Origin: a virus | Reading direction: 5' to 3' (one strand) | UHGV virus genome: UHGV-0333071 | DNA: 24,121 bases | In this document: piece by piece, positions 8,390 through 17,467 of the stretch | Position numbering within the stretch: the stretch's first letter is position 1 | Layout: each line of letters opens with the position of its first letter | Notes under the pieces: generated by a model | Told to the model about the DNA's origin: nothing | What the model saw: the letters and a program-made list of their open reading frames with translations, nothing else | The model's database searches: none | Position numbers and translations under genes: made by a program

Positions 8390-8919
8390 ATCAGATGCAC
8401 CCCTACGCGTGGTTGCCGCAGCATGTTTCGCATCACGTTGGCCGCCTCGGCCAGCAGGCTGGCGCGGGTGTCCTGGCTTTCCTGCCCCGGATGCGATTCA
8501 CGCCGCCCGATGGTGGCGAACTCCCCCAGTAAATCGGCCTTTGCGCGGGCGTAGACCGCTTTTTTGTACTGGGCTGTTAACTGGGTTTCGTCGCCCATCT
8601 TTGCACCCGGTACATCTGCGGCCCGCTCGCAGGCTTTCGCGTTCCAGTACGTAACCACGTCGGCCAGCGCGTCGTTTACCTCCGCAATAGCTGCCAGCAG
8701 GGCCACGCCTGCGGTTTCTGGCGGCAGATCACCGGGCAGCGTGCGCACCTTCTGAAACTCGGCCAGATCGAGATCGGGCCAGAATGTCACGCCGTTGGTG
8801 ATCGCTGTTGGCGTCACCGTCACTGGCTTGCCGCTGATACTGAAACTTGGGCCACTCATTGGCGTACCTCGGTTTTGTAATAGAAACGGGCTAACGGGTT
8901 CCACGGCCAACAACCGCAT
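8386..8919 (-). CDS. L: Head completion/stabilisation protein (gpL-like)
   Basis: 177-aa ORF immediately downstream of the small terminase gene, as in P2 O-N-M-L. Confidence 0.65.
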   Translation of the reverse strand: MRLLAVEPVSPFLLQNRGTPMSGPSFSISGKPVTVTPTAITNGVTFWPDLDLAEFQKVRTLPGDLPPETAGVALLAAIAEVNDALADVVTYWNAKACERAADVPGAKMGDETQLTAQYKKAVYARAKADLLGEFATIGRRESHPGQESQDTRASLLAEAANVMRNMLRQPRVGVHLI

Positions 8920-8961
8920 GGTTGATGCCTCCCCCGCGCCCGTCCCGGCTTGCGGGAGTCG

Positions 8962-9663
8962 TTAAAGCTGGGTCAGGCCGTTAATCCTGGCGCGGATTTT
9001 TTCGCGCATGGTCTTAACTCCGGCGTTTTTGTTGTACGCCGCCGCCTGGGCCAAAAGGGCGTCGGCCTGCTCCAGCGTGTTCACATCATCCACGGCAGTG
9101 GCACGCGGCTGCCCCTTCTCGTCGCGCAGCAGGTAAAGACCGGCGAACTTGAACCACTTCGCGTTAATGTCTTCGTGCAAACGCCACTTTTCGCGGATGT
9201 TTTCAAACGTGCGGCTGAAATAGGGTTCGATGCTGTGACCGGCTTCCGCCTGCATGATCGCCCACTCCAGCACCGTATCGGCCACAAAGGCGGGCAGGTT
9301 GCTTTTGAAGTTCTCCGGCGTGGCCTGGCTCTCACTGATAGCCACGTCAGCCCAGTCCAGCGCCTTGCCCATTTCCCCCGTATCGAACAGCCAGATCACA
9401 CAGTAAACCAGGGCCGGATTGGCAAAGCGGGCATCACCGGCAAGGTATGCTTCAACGGTCGGCATCCAGCGCGGCAAAAGGACATCGCGTTTCATATCCA
9501 TGCGGTCTGCACGCGTCAGGCTGCGAAGTCGTTCAACATCCCTTTCCAGCTCCAGCATTTGAATGTGAAAGCTGACCGGCGATGCCGTCAGGGCTTCGCA
9601 CTTATCCAGCGCCTTTGCGGCTTTTACGCGTGCTCGGTGTCTCTGACACGGGGTCATAGCCAT
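8962..9663 (-). CDS. M: Terminase small (endonuclease) subunit, gpM-like
   Basis: 233 aa, positioned after the capsid gene; size and sequence fit the P2 gpM family. Confidence 0.75.
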   Translation of the reverse strand: MAMTPCQRHRARVKAAKALDKCEALTASPVSFHIQMLELERDVERLRSLTRADRMDMKRDVLLPRWMPTVEAYLAGDARFANPALVYCVIWLFDTGEMGKALDWADVAISESQATPENFKSNLPAFVADTVLEWAIMQAEAGHSIEPYFSRTFENIREKWRLHEDINAKWFKFAGLYLLRDEKGQPRATAVDDVNTLEQADALLAQAAAYNKNAGVKTMREKIRARINGLTQL

Positions 9664-9665
9664 TT

Positions 9666-10688
9666 TTACGCGCCCCCTCCCGGTGCAACTTCGCCGGTCG
9701 CAAGGGTGATTTTGTCGAATGCCGCATACAGCTCGTCATGCTCGACGCCGTAACCTTCCATGCGCAGATAGTTGTTCTCGAAGCGCTTGCGGTCGTCGTT
9801 CCATTCCGCTTTACGCTTACGTGTACCCTGCTGGGTGTAGATATGCAGGTTGTCCAGCGTGGTGACGATAAGGCGGCCCTCCGGCATAAACGGCGGGGTG
9901 TACACGGTACGGCCAGCAATCTGGCGGCCAATAAGCTGCGCGGCAACTTTCTCAGTCGGGCGATCAATCTTATTCATCATCGTGGTGGCGTCGTTGCCGA
10001 TAAGGTCAGCGGAAGCCAGCACGACCAGGCGCGGGTCATTGCGGAATGGCTCATAAATGCAGGTGTGCACCAGGTCCGTGACTGCCGCGTCCAGCCCAAT
10101 AAAGTCAGCCCCTGACGCACCGATAGTGACGGCATCAGAAATAATCTGCTCAGATGAACGGTCTTTAACGATTTTGTGCCAGCCGATGTTGACGTCTTCG
10201 CCGTTCGGGTTGGCTTCCGGGTCGGTGTCTTCTGCAACACTCGTACCGTTGAACGCCACGCGTAACATGTCCAGCGCGAAAGATTCGTTGCTGAATGCCT
10301 GAATACGCTGGAAAAACTCCTCTTCGCTGCCCGCGTTCGCCCAGACAACCAGCAGGGAGTAAGGCAGATACGAACCAGAATCCGTTTCTACCAACTTGTA
10401 CTCGTTACCGGACACACCCAGGGCGCGAGAGAAACGACCGTCTTTTTTACGTCCGGTATAAATACCCGGTTTACCGGTGCTGACCACCTGGCCGGTGATC
10501 TGGTCCACATCCAGCACGTTAGGCAGCAGACGCAGGAACTCAGAACTTTGCAGCAGGGCATTGCGCAGCTGGGTTTCTTTCGGATTGGTCAGCGAGAAGT
10601 AGCGCGACGTGTCCACCTGGCCGTTAGCTTTCGCCAGGCCTGCGGCAAACTTACGCAGCATCTGCTCTGCTTTTGGGGTTAATTGCAT
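9666..10688 (-). CDS. N: Major capsid protein, gpN-like
   Basis: 340 aa between scaffold and small terminase; P2-family major capsid size and synteny. Confidence 0.8.
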   Translation of the reverse strand: MQLTPKAEQMLRKFAAGLAKANGQVDTSRYFSLTNPKETQLRNALLQSSEFLRLLPNVLDVDQITGQVVSTGKPGIYTGRKKDGRFSRALGVSGNEYKLVETDSGSYLPYSLLVVWANAGSEEEFFQRIQAFSNESFALDMLRVAFNGTSVAEDTDPEANPNGEDVNIGWHKIVKDRSSEQIISDAVTIGASGADFIGLDAAVTDLVHTCIYEPFRNDPRLVVLASADLIGNDATTMMNKIDRPTEKVAAQLIGRQIAGRTVYTPPFMPEGRLIVTTLDNLHIYTQQGTRKRKAEWNDDRKRFENNYLRMEGYGVEHDELYAAFDKITLATGEVAPGGGA

Positions 10689-10716
10689 AATCTTTTATTC
10701 CTGAAAAGAATGGCTG

Positions 10717-11775
10717 TTAAACAAACTCAAACGGTTCTTTGCTTCCGCCCGGCGCACTGCCAGGGCGGCGAGTATTACCGTTTTCCATCGCTGACAACTT
10801 GGTCAGGACGGTAGTCAGCTGCGTGGTCAGGTTGTCCATCTGGTTGCCAGCTTGGCGACGGGCGGAAAAGTCATGTCGACGGCTGGCGCGTGGGCGCTTC
10901 GCTGGCGTCACATTGAATGACTTCATGACTTTTGCCAGGTTGGCTTTAGCGGCGCTGAATTCTTCCGCTTTGACTTCGTCTTCCGGGTTTTCGATAACGT
11001 CCTGCGCTAGCTCGGCCACCTCGTCGGCAGCATCAGCGATCTGGGCGGCAACATCTGCCACCACATCGGCGGCCTGTTCCGGGGTATCAACCGTGTCAGC
11101 GTCACCCGCTGCGGCGTCTTTACCGCTTTTAAGCAGATCCAGCATTTGCTGAATGAGCGCTTTTAATTCTTCCATTTCTTCTCCGTCGCCCTCGGTGGGC
11201 TTATCAGTGTTTGGCTCTGGCGTTGGCGTAAAATCTTTACTGGCCGAAAATAAACGCGACCAGAAAGAATCTTTTTTATCCGGTTTACTTGTCTGTAATT
11301 TTCCTAAGCTGAATGTTTCCAGACTCCCGCGCTCGGCGTCTTTTTCTTCACCGGCTAAAACAAATTTAAGTTTTTCCGTTCCCAGACTTGCCGGAATATC
11401 CGTTACAGCCAGCCCGAAAAGATATTCACGACCACTGCCTGCAAAATCAGTGACAAATTCGGCTGACGTAAATAACTTTTGCCCCATACGGTTGGCATCA
11501 ATTAAAAATTGATTCGGGATTAACTGGGCATATAACTTCGTGACGTCACCTTCCGTTTCCACTTTCAGCGCGTCCACTTCCCCCAGATTGCAGGTAAATT
11601 CACGTTCGCCGATATCGTATTGCGGGTGATGCGGCCAAATCATGGCAGTGTAGGTTTTGCGGGTGTAGGTTTCTGCCGCATCAATCAACCATTGAGGTTC
11701 AATGGTGCGACCGTCCACAGCCTGTCCAGATGTGGCAATACATAGCCAATCCGTGCGGTAATGAGATTGCGGCAT
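10717..11775 (-). CDS. O: Capsid scaffolding protein, gpO-like
   Basis: 352 aa with an acidic, Ala-rich coiled-coil C-terminal half (..DAAAGDADTVDTPEQAADVVADVAAQIADAADEVAELAQD..), first gene of the leftward late operon and divergent from P. Confidence 0.8.
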   Translation of the reverse strand: MPQSHYRTDWLCIATSGQAVDGRTIEPQWLIDAAETYTRKTYTAMIWPHHPQYDIGEREFTCNLGEVDALKVETEGDVTKLYAQLIPNQFLIDANRMGQKLFTSAEFVTDFAGSGREYLFGLAVTDIPASLGTEKLKFVLAGEEKDAERGSLETFSLGKLQTSKPDKKDSFWSRLFSASKDFTPTPEPNTDKPTEGDGEEMEELKALIQQMLDLLKSGKDAAAGDADTVDTPEQAADVVADVAAQIADAADEVAELAQDVIENPEDEVKAEEFSAAKANLAKVMKSFNVTPAKRPRASRRHDFSARRQAGNQMDNLTTQLTTVLTKLSAMENGNTRRPGSAPGGSKEPFEFV

Positions 11776-11952
11776 AGCTGACCTTTAATAATGAATTTAA
11801 ATAACAATGATTCGGTTGTGGTGGTCAGTATTGCGAATTGATTAAAACAGCGCGACCGCTTTATTTCTTATGTATTCGGTTATAACTGGATAGCCACTCT
11901 TTACCGATATTTAATTATCAATTCTGCATAATAATCACGCCATAATAGCCGC
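11776..11952. promoter_or_regulatory. Divergent late promoter region between O (leftward) and P (rightward)
   Basis: 177-bp AT-rich non-coding gap between the divergent O and P genes, the position of the Ogr-dependent late promoters in P2. Individual promoter elements not assigned. Confidence 0.4.
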
Positions 11953-13764
11953 ATGGCTAAATATTCCGATGAATTAAAAGAAGCGGCCCGCACGCTTTAT
12001 ATAAAAAGCTGGACGCCGAAAGATATTGCGCAGGAACTGAATATTCCACCGCGTACAATTTACCACTGGGCTGACGTCGGGAAGTGGGCATCACTGCTGC
12101 CTGTTGAATCGGTGGAAAATGTCATCGCCCGCCGTATCGACCAGCTCTCCCGCCGCGAGAAAAAAACAGCGCTGGAACTGGAAGAACTGCGCGATCTGAT
12201 TGCTCACCATGTGAAACTCATGGCGCAGCGCAGCAAGCACGCCGAAAAGCTGGCAGAAATTCAGGCTCAGAAAGCGGCTTATGATGGTGAAGGGTACTGC
12301 CTCAGCAGCGCAGGCGGGGAACCAGGGGAAAGAAAGCGCCGGTATAAGAAAAACGACGTTTCCGGTATTACAGCGGAAATGCTCGACACCTGGGCGCGGG
12401 AACATCTCTTCGAGTACCAGCTGCACTGCCGCGAACATAAAGGCGAAGACTGGCGCTTCATTCTGAAAAGCCGACAGGTCGGCATGACCTATTATTTCGC
12501 CTGGGAGGCATTCGAAGATGCTGTCATTACCGGTGATAACCAGGTCTTTTTCTCTGCAAGCCGCTCCCAGTCTGAAATCTTCCGTGAATACATCGTCCAG
12601 ATCGCCCAGAACCATTTCGGCGTGACGCTGACGGGTAAAAATATCCGCCTCAGCAACGGCGCAATACTGCGCTTTTTGTCCACGAACGCCAGCACCGCGC
12701 AGGGCTTTAACGGCCACCTGTATGGCGATGAGGTTTTCTGGATCCCGAAATTCACGCGCCTGCACGAAGTTGCCAGCGCAATGGCGACGCATAACAAATA
12801 CCGGACGACCTACTTTTCGACGCCCAGCGCGAAAACGCACCAGGCTTACCCGGTCTGGACTGGCGAAGCCTGGCGCGGGGACGACCCGAAACGCAAAGGT
12901 GTGGCGTTCCCGACAGAAAGCGAAATGCGCCAGGGTATTCTCTGCCCGGACCAGATCTGGCGCTACATCATCACGATGGAAGACGCTATCGAAGGTGGCC
13001 TCGGTGCGCTTGTCGATATTGAACGGCTGCGCAACAAATACAGCCCGACCGCGTTCGCCATGCTCTACATGTGCCAGTTCGTTGACAGTAAGGACGCGGT
13101 TTTCAAGTTCTCCGCGCTTGTCGGCTGTGAAGTGGACCGGGCCACATGGGGCGACTTTGATCTGACAGCTGCGCGGCCCTTCGGCAATCGCGAAGTATGG
13201 GCAGGCTTTGACCCGTCACGATCCGGCGACAACTCCACCTTTGTGTTAATCGCGCCCCCCATAGAGGACGGCGAGCGCTTCCGCGTGCTGGCCGTCTGGC
13301 AATGGCAGGGCTTTAACTTCAGCTGGCAGGCCGACCAGATAAAGCAGCTTATGCGCCGCTTTAACATCACTTACATCGGGATCGATACAACCGGCATAGG
13401 TAAGGGCGTTTATGACCTGGTCAGCAAGTTTGCACCTCGCGAAGCCACACCCATTCTTTACAGCGTCGAAAGCAAAAACCGCCTGGTAATGAAGATGATC
13501 GACGTTGTCGAGCGTAAACGCATCGAATGGGCAAAAGACGCCGTAGACGAAACGAACAAAGAGCGCGTCGAAATTCCGGCCAGCTTTATGGCTATCCGGC
13601 GCACGACAACCAACAGCGGCAACGCGCTGACGTTTGTTGCCGAACGTTCAGACGCGACCGGCCATGCAGATGTTTTCTTCGCTATCTCGCACGCCGTAAT
13701 TAACGAACCTATCGATCACGAATATGACCGCCCATCGGGCTGGTACTTTGGGAAAGCAGCATGA
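11953..13764 (+). CDS. P: Terminase large (ATPase) subunit, gpP-like
   Basis: 603-aa ORF, divergent from O and followed by the portal gene with 4-nt overlap. Confidence 0.85.
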   Translation: MAKYSDELKEAARTLYIKSWTPKDIAQELNIPPRTIYHWADVGKWASLLPVESVENVIARRIDQLSRREKKTALELEELRDLIAHHVKLMAQRSKHAEKLAEIQAQKAAYDGEGYCLSSAGGEPGERKRRYKKNDVSGITAEMLDTWAREHLFEYQLHCREHKGEDWRFILKSRQVGMTYYFAWEAFEDAVITGDNQVFFSASRSQSEIFREYIVQIAQNHFGVTLTGKNIRLSNGAILRFLSTNASTAQGFNGHLYGDEVFWIPKFTRLHEVASAMATHNKYRTTYFSTPSAKTHQAYPVWTGEAWRGDDPKRKGVAFPTESEMRQGILCPDQIWRYIITMEDAIEGGLGALVDIERLRNKYSPTAFAMLYMCQFVDSKDAVFKFSALVGCEVDRATWGDFDLTAARPFGNREVWAGFDPSRSGDNSTFVLIAPPIEDGERFRVLAVWQWQGFNFSWQADQIKQLMRRFNITYIGIDTTGIGKGVYDLVSKFAPREATPILYSVESKNRLVMKMIDVVERKRIEWAKDAVDETNKERVEIPASFMAIRRTTTNSGNALTFVAERSDATGHADVFFAISHAVINEPIDHEYDRPSGWYFGKAA

Positions 13765-14822
13765 CAAAGAAACAGCGTAATAATAAAAAATTCGGGTCCA
13801 TGACCGGCAGCAGGGTTGAAACCTTCACGCCAGGGCGCGGAAGCGTGATCACATTTGGCGAACCAGAACCCATCCTGACGACCGGCACGGATTATCACAA
13901 TATCTGGTATGACAATGAGTATGACCACTGGCGACTTCCGATTGATCGCCTGGCGCTGGCCCAGTTGCCGAACCTTAACGGCCAGCATGGTGGCGTACTG
14001 TATGCGCGGCGCAATATGGTTGCCGGTGGCTACATCGGCGGCGGCCTGACGCCGGACCAGGTCGAACAGGCTGTCTTTGATTACCTGCTGTTTGGTGACG
14101 TCGCTATCCTGAAAATTCGTAACGTATTCGGGGAAGTGATCGACCTGCTGCCGTTGCCGTCGCTGTATCTGCGCTGCCGGAAAGACGGCTCTTTTGCTGT
14201 TCTGCAGGAAGGGCCAGCGCTTATCTATGACCCGGAAGACATCGTATTCTTTAAAATGTACGACCCGCGCCAGCAAGTGTATGGCCTGCCTGACTATATC
14301 GGCGGCATCCATTCGGTGTTACTCAACAGTGAGGCAACCATCTTCCGACGCCGTTACTACAATAACGGGGCGCACATGGGCTTTATTCTCTATACCAGCG
14401 ATCCAAATCTGACGCTGGAAATGGAAAACGAAATCAAAGAGAAGATCGCCCAGTCCAAAGGGCTGGGTAACTTCCGCAATATGTTTATCAACATCCCGAA
14501 GGGCGACCCGGAAGGGGTTAAAATCATGCCAGTGGGCGAAGTCAGCGCAAAGGATGAATTCGCCAATATCAAAGGGATCACCGCACAGGATATCTTTACC
14601 GCCCACCGTTTCCCCGCAGGCCTGGCAGGTATCATCCCGACCAACGGCGCGGTAATGGGCAACCCTGAAACCGCCCGCACAACCTATCGCAAGGATGAAG
14701 TTATCCCCTTGCAGCGCAAGCTAATGAACGGCGTCAACAATGACCCGGAGATCCCCGCACACTTGCACCTGGTTTTTGACGTGGATATCCCGGCAATTAC
14801 CACCGAAAAGGGCGAAAAATGA
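13761..14822 (+). CDS. Q: Portal protein, gpQ-like
   Basis: 353-aa ORF downstream of P; P2-type P-then-Q order, size as P2 gpQ. Confidence 0.85.
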   Translation: MTKKQRNNKKFGSMTGSRVETFTPGRGSVITFGEPEPILTTGTDYHNIWYDNEYDHWRLPIDRLALAQLPNLNGQHGGVLYARRNMVAGGYIGGGLTPDQVEQAVFDYLLFGDVAILKIRNVFGEVIDLLPLPSLYLRCRKDGSFAVLQEGPALIYDPEDIVFFKMYDPRQQVYGLPDYIGGIHSVLLNSEATIFRRRYYNNGAHMGFILYTSDPNLTLEMENEIKEKIAQSKGLGNFRNMFINIPKGDPEGVKIMPVGEVSAKDEFANIKGITAQDIFTAHRFPAGLAGIIPTNGAVMGNPETARTTYRKDEVIPLQRKLMNGVNNDPEIPAHLHLVFDVDIPAITTEKGEK

Positions 14823-15145
14823 GCGCAGTTAAGTTAAAATCATCCCCATTGTTAGCAATGGCGTGCGGGATGGTGAACATGCGAGTTTTTAAAATTAAAT
14901 GCCCAGAATGCGGCTCACCGGCCATCATTCGTAAATCTGACTGGAAAGACAAAAAACTGGCTGATTTATACTGCGCCTGCACGGAAGTTGAATGCGGCCA
15001 CACCTTTGTTTTTAACGCCCAGTTTTCACATACCCTTAGCCCCAGCGGGCTGACTGGCAACAAGCTGGTTAAATTCCTGATTGACCGGCTCAAGCCGGAA
15101 GAAAAACAAATTGCTTTAGATTTGTTGAAAGGATTAAATGTATAA
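14819..15145 (+). CDS. ogr: Ogr/Delta-family zinc-finger late transcription activator
   Basis: Exact C-x2-C-x22-C-x4-C spacing (CPEC...22 aa...C-TEVE-C), the Ogr/Delta/186-B signature. Start is either 14819 (ATGA overlap with the Q stop) or the internal ATG at 14879 (MRVFKIKCPECG..). Confidence 0.8.
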   Translation: MSAVKLKSSPLLAMACGMVNMRVFKIKCPECGSPAIIRKSDWKDKKLADLYCACTEVECGHTFVFNAQFSHTLSPSGLTGNKLVKFLIDRLKPEEKQIALDLLKGLNV

Positions 15146-15171
15146 AAAGCTCCCCAGTTGGAGAGCTTTTT
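15144..15171. terminator. Bidirectional intrinsic terminator
   Basis: aaaaagctcccca / tggagagcttttt form an inverted repeat (about 11-13 bp stem, one mismatch) flanked by an A-run on one side and a T-run on the other, in the 33-bp gap between the convergent ogr-like and ATPase genes. Confidence 0.6.
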
Positions 15172-15178
15172 AAAATAG

Positions 15179-17467
15179 TTACACTGAGCCACTATATATA
15201 ATATTCAACGCCCTTGTGCAATATGCAATTAACTCCCCTGGGAATATAGGCTCATTTGCAGCATTAGCATTGGTATCATGATGAAATTTACCAGCATAGC
15301 TATTTATTTCATTTAACTCATTTGTAATTGACGAGGCATGGTGAAGAGGTGAACCAGGTTGTGACGCAACTATCGCCTGTACTATTTCACCAAACAACTT
15401 ACCTGATGGGATATGATTAGGGAATCGACGATGTAAATACCCCTCTAACAATGGACGAATTGCAGTAGCAACGTCTTTTTCATTATATGGTTCACCATTG
15501 ACATATCCACTTACTAATCGATGATTTTTATAATAAGCAGACTCGCATTCAATATCTAGATCAAGAGAAACAAGAGTACTAAACTGCCCATGCGTATGAA
15601 CAACTTTAATTAGAGACAAAAGATTCGGATCATTCAACTTCTTGATGAAGTCATCTCTTAACTTTTTAATAAAAAAAGCATCATGTGCTAAGATTATTAA
15701 CTGTTTGCAGTTATCACATATTTTTTTAAGTTCGTTTACTGTCTGTTGCTTTCTGTGTGTATCAAAACTACACATAGGGTCATCAATTAGTACAATTTTA
15801 TTAGTAAGATTTTGATCTTCAGATATGACAGCAATGAAAAATGCAAATGCAAGAGTGCGTTTGTCACCTTCGCTTAAACAGGTTTTGAACCCAGCATCTT
15901 CACCTTGTAATGTAATTCTATTTCCTCGAAGATTTAATGCATACTCGGTTCTAGGCTCTCCTGTGCCACGATAGTTATAGGTTACTTCTTCAATAGTAAA
16001 GGCTGCTCCAAACTTCTGAAGTAAAATATTAATCGATGATTCATATCGACCAAGAGTTGCCTGCATTATGGTATTAAGAGTGTTTTTTTTCGCTTCCTTT
16101 TCTGCTAAAGCCGCTGTTTCAACAGCTTTAGCAGCAGTATATTCATTAATCAAGTTAACTACAGCTGGAGAATATCGAGTCTTTATAGCATTGAGTCGAT
16201 TATTTTCTTCAGTCAATGTCTGAATATTAATATTTTCCAAGCTGGTTTTATAATCATCAATCTGGTTATTCAAAATGTCTAGTTGTTCATTAAACTCAGT
16301 AACACACTGAACCATTTTATCAATAATTGCCTGGCACTCACCTTCAAATTTTTGTTCTAACTTATCCAAAGGTGATGCAGTTTTTATTTTCACACAATCG
16401 GTTAATATTCCATCTAGTGAGGTTTTAAGCTCATCTAGCTTATTAATATCTAATGATGGTGTGTTTAGTGATAAGTATTCCCCCCAAGAAAGAATGTTTT
16501 CAGTAATGCTAATCTGCTCTTGGTTTTTTAATGGTATATTAAAGGATGACAATATGGCCGCTTTTTTGTTTTCTAATAAGCTTATCTCTTTAATGAAATT
16601 TCTATATTCTGTATTAAAGTATGTTTTATAAGCATCTATAAGACTAAGTCCTTCCACTGTTTGCGCGCAAAAAGGACAAGTATCTTCTTTTAAAAATTTC
16701 TGCCCATCACTTATCCATTTTTGAGCACCATCATCAGATAAATGCTGGAAATGTGCATCAACTACAGAACTTGCATTCTCATCAATTTTATCAACAGTTG
16801 TATACATTACATTAAAGAAATTCTGTATATCCACTGTGAATTCAGTCAGCTTTTTAAGTTTGTTTTTATTTTTAATAACACTAATTCTTTGGGACTTACC
16901 TTGTTCCACTAAGTTAGCAGCGATCAAATCATCAATATTATCAATACTTCTCAGGCGTATATATTGAGATAGGGTATAATGACCACGATAACCAGTTAAT
17001 CTTGCCTCTACATTTCTTTTTGCAGTAGTACAATTTGTGGCATGTTGACTAGCTGCATCAAACTCTATCTTTGCAGCAACAGCCGACTGACCTAACGCAA
17101 AACTTAGGAGGTTTTTTCTTTGCCCTGGTGTAATTTCACCTCCAGAATAAACATTCGTATCTATAAAATCCAAATCAAAAACATGAAAATCAGTAAACTT
17201 CCTATCCCATTGATTATTTTCAAACTTAGCTCTATTTCCTTGACTAAATTGCAGATCAATAAATTGATCTACACTAGAGTTAAATGTCTTTCTGCTCAAT
17301 AACACATTAGACGCTGAGTGTGTATAAGAACGCATTATTGATGCAAGAGTTGACTTCCCCCTTCCATTATCGCCATAAATTAATGATATTTTTTTGAATT
17401 GAATGGCTGCAGGACGGATGTCGTTAAAGAGACCAACACCAGTAATCTTATGAATTCTTTCTAACAT
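15179..17467 (-). CDS. Rad50/SMC-like ABC ATPase with CxxC zinc-hook coiled-coil and C-terminal nuclease-like domain (RloC-like anticodon-nuclease candidate); putative anti-phage defence protein
   Basis: 762-aa ORF in strongly AT-rich DNA. Walker A GDNGRGKST (aa 32-40), long coiled-coil insertion with CPFC at aa 264-267 (nt 16667-16678), ABC signature LSEGDKR (aa 531-537), Walker B IVLIDDP (aa 558-564), H-loop LAHD (aa 593-596), then about 150 aa containing R671-x3-E675 and HH709-710. AAGGA RBS 7 nt upstream. Confidence 0.6.
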   Translation of the reverse strand: MLERIHKITGVGLFNDIRPAAIQFKKISLIYGDNGRGKSTLASIMRSYTHSASNVLLSRKTFNSSVDQFIDLQFSQGNRAKFENNQWDRKFTDFHVFDLDFIDTNVYSGGEITPGQRKNLLSFALGQSAVAAKIEFDAASQHATNCTTAKRNVEARLTGYRGHYTLSQYIRLRSIDNIDDLIAANLVEQGKSQRISVIKNKNKLKKLTEFTVDIQNFFNVMYTTVDKIDENASSVVDAHFQHLSDDGAQKWISDGQKFLKEDTCPFCAQTVEGLSLIDAYKTYFNTEYRNFIKEISLLENKKAAILSSFNIPLKNQEQISITENILSWGEYLSLNTPSLDINKLDELKTSLDGILTDCVKIKTASPLDKLEQKFEGECQAIIDKMVQCVTEFNEQLDILNNQIDDYKTSLENINIQTLTEENNRLNAIKTRYSPAVVNLINEYTAAKAVETAALAEKEAKKNTLNTIMQATLGRYESSINILLQKFGAAFTIEEVTYNYRGTGEPRTEYALNLRGNRITLQGEDAGFKTCLSEGDKRTLAFAFFIAVISEDQNLTNKIVLIDDPMCSFDTHRKQQTVNELKKICDNCKQLIILAHDAFFIKKLRDDFIKKLNDPNLLSLIKVVHTHGQFSTLVSLDLDIECESAYYKNHRLVSGYVNGEPYNEKDVATAIRPLLEGYLHRRFPNHIPSGKLFGEIVQAIVASQPGSPLHHASSITNELNEINSYAGKFHHDTNANAANEPIFPGELIAYCTRALNIIYSGSV

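Noticed and set aside
8950-9753. 267-aa plus-strand ORF
   Set aside because: Lies entirely antisense to the small terminase and head-completion genes; long shadow ORFs are expected in GC-rich coding DNA and it has no independent support.
11776-11952. Ogr-box style TGT-N12-ACA dyad in the divergent late promoter region
   Set aside because: No exact TGT-N12-ACA found by eye on either strand, so no specific activator site is claimed.
12091-12840. 249-aa minus-strand ORF (and nested 68/101-aa ORFs)
   Set aside because: Antisense to the large terminase gene; shadow ORF.
13716-14312. 198-aa minus-strand ORF
   Set aside because: Antisense to the portal gene; shadow ORF.
17120-17302. 60-aa plus-strand ORF inside the ATPase island
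   Set aside because: Antisense to the 762-aa ORF; a low-complexity AT-rich translation (MPWCNFTSRINIRIYKIQIK..).
15179-17467. Possibility that the island ATPase is an OLD-family (ATPase-TOPRIM) protein like P2 Old, or a Gabija GajA-like protein
   Set aside because: The ATPase head is split by a very long coiled-coil carrying a central CxxC, which is Rad50/RloC-like rather than OLD-like, and no clear TOPRIM E...DxD pattern was seen. Not fully excluded without a profile search.
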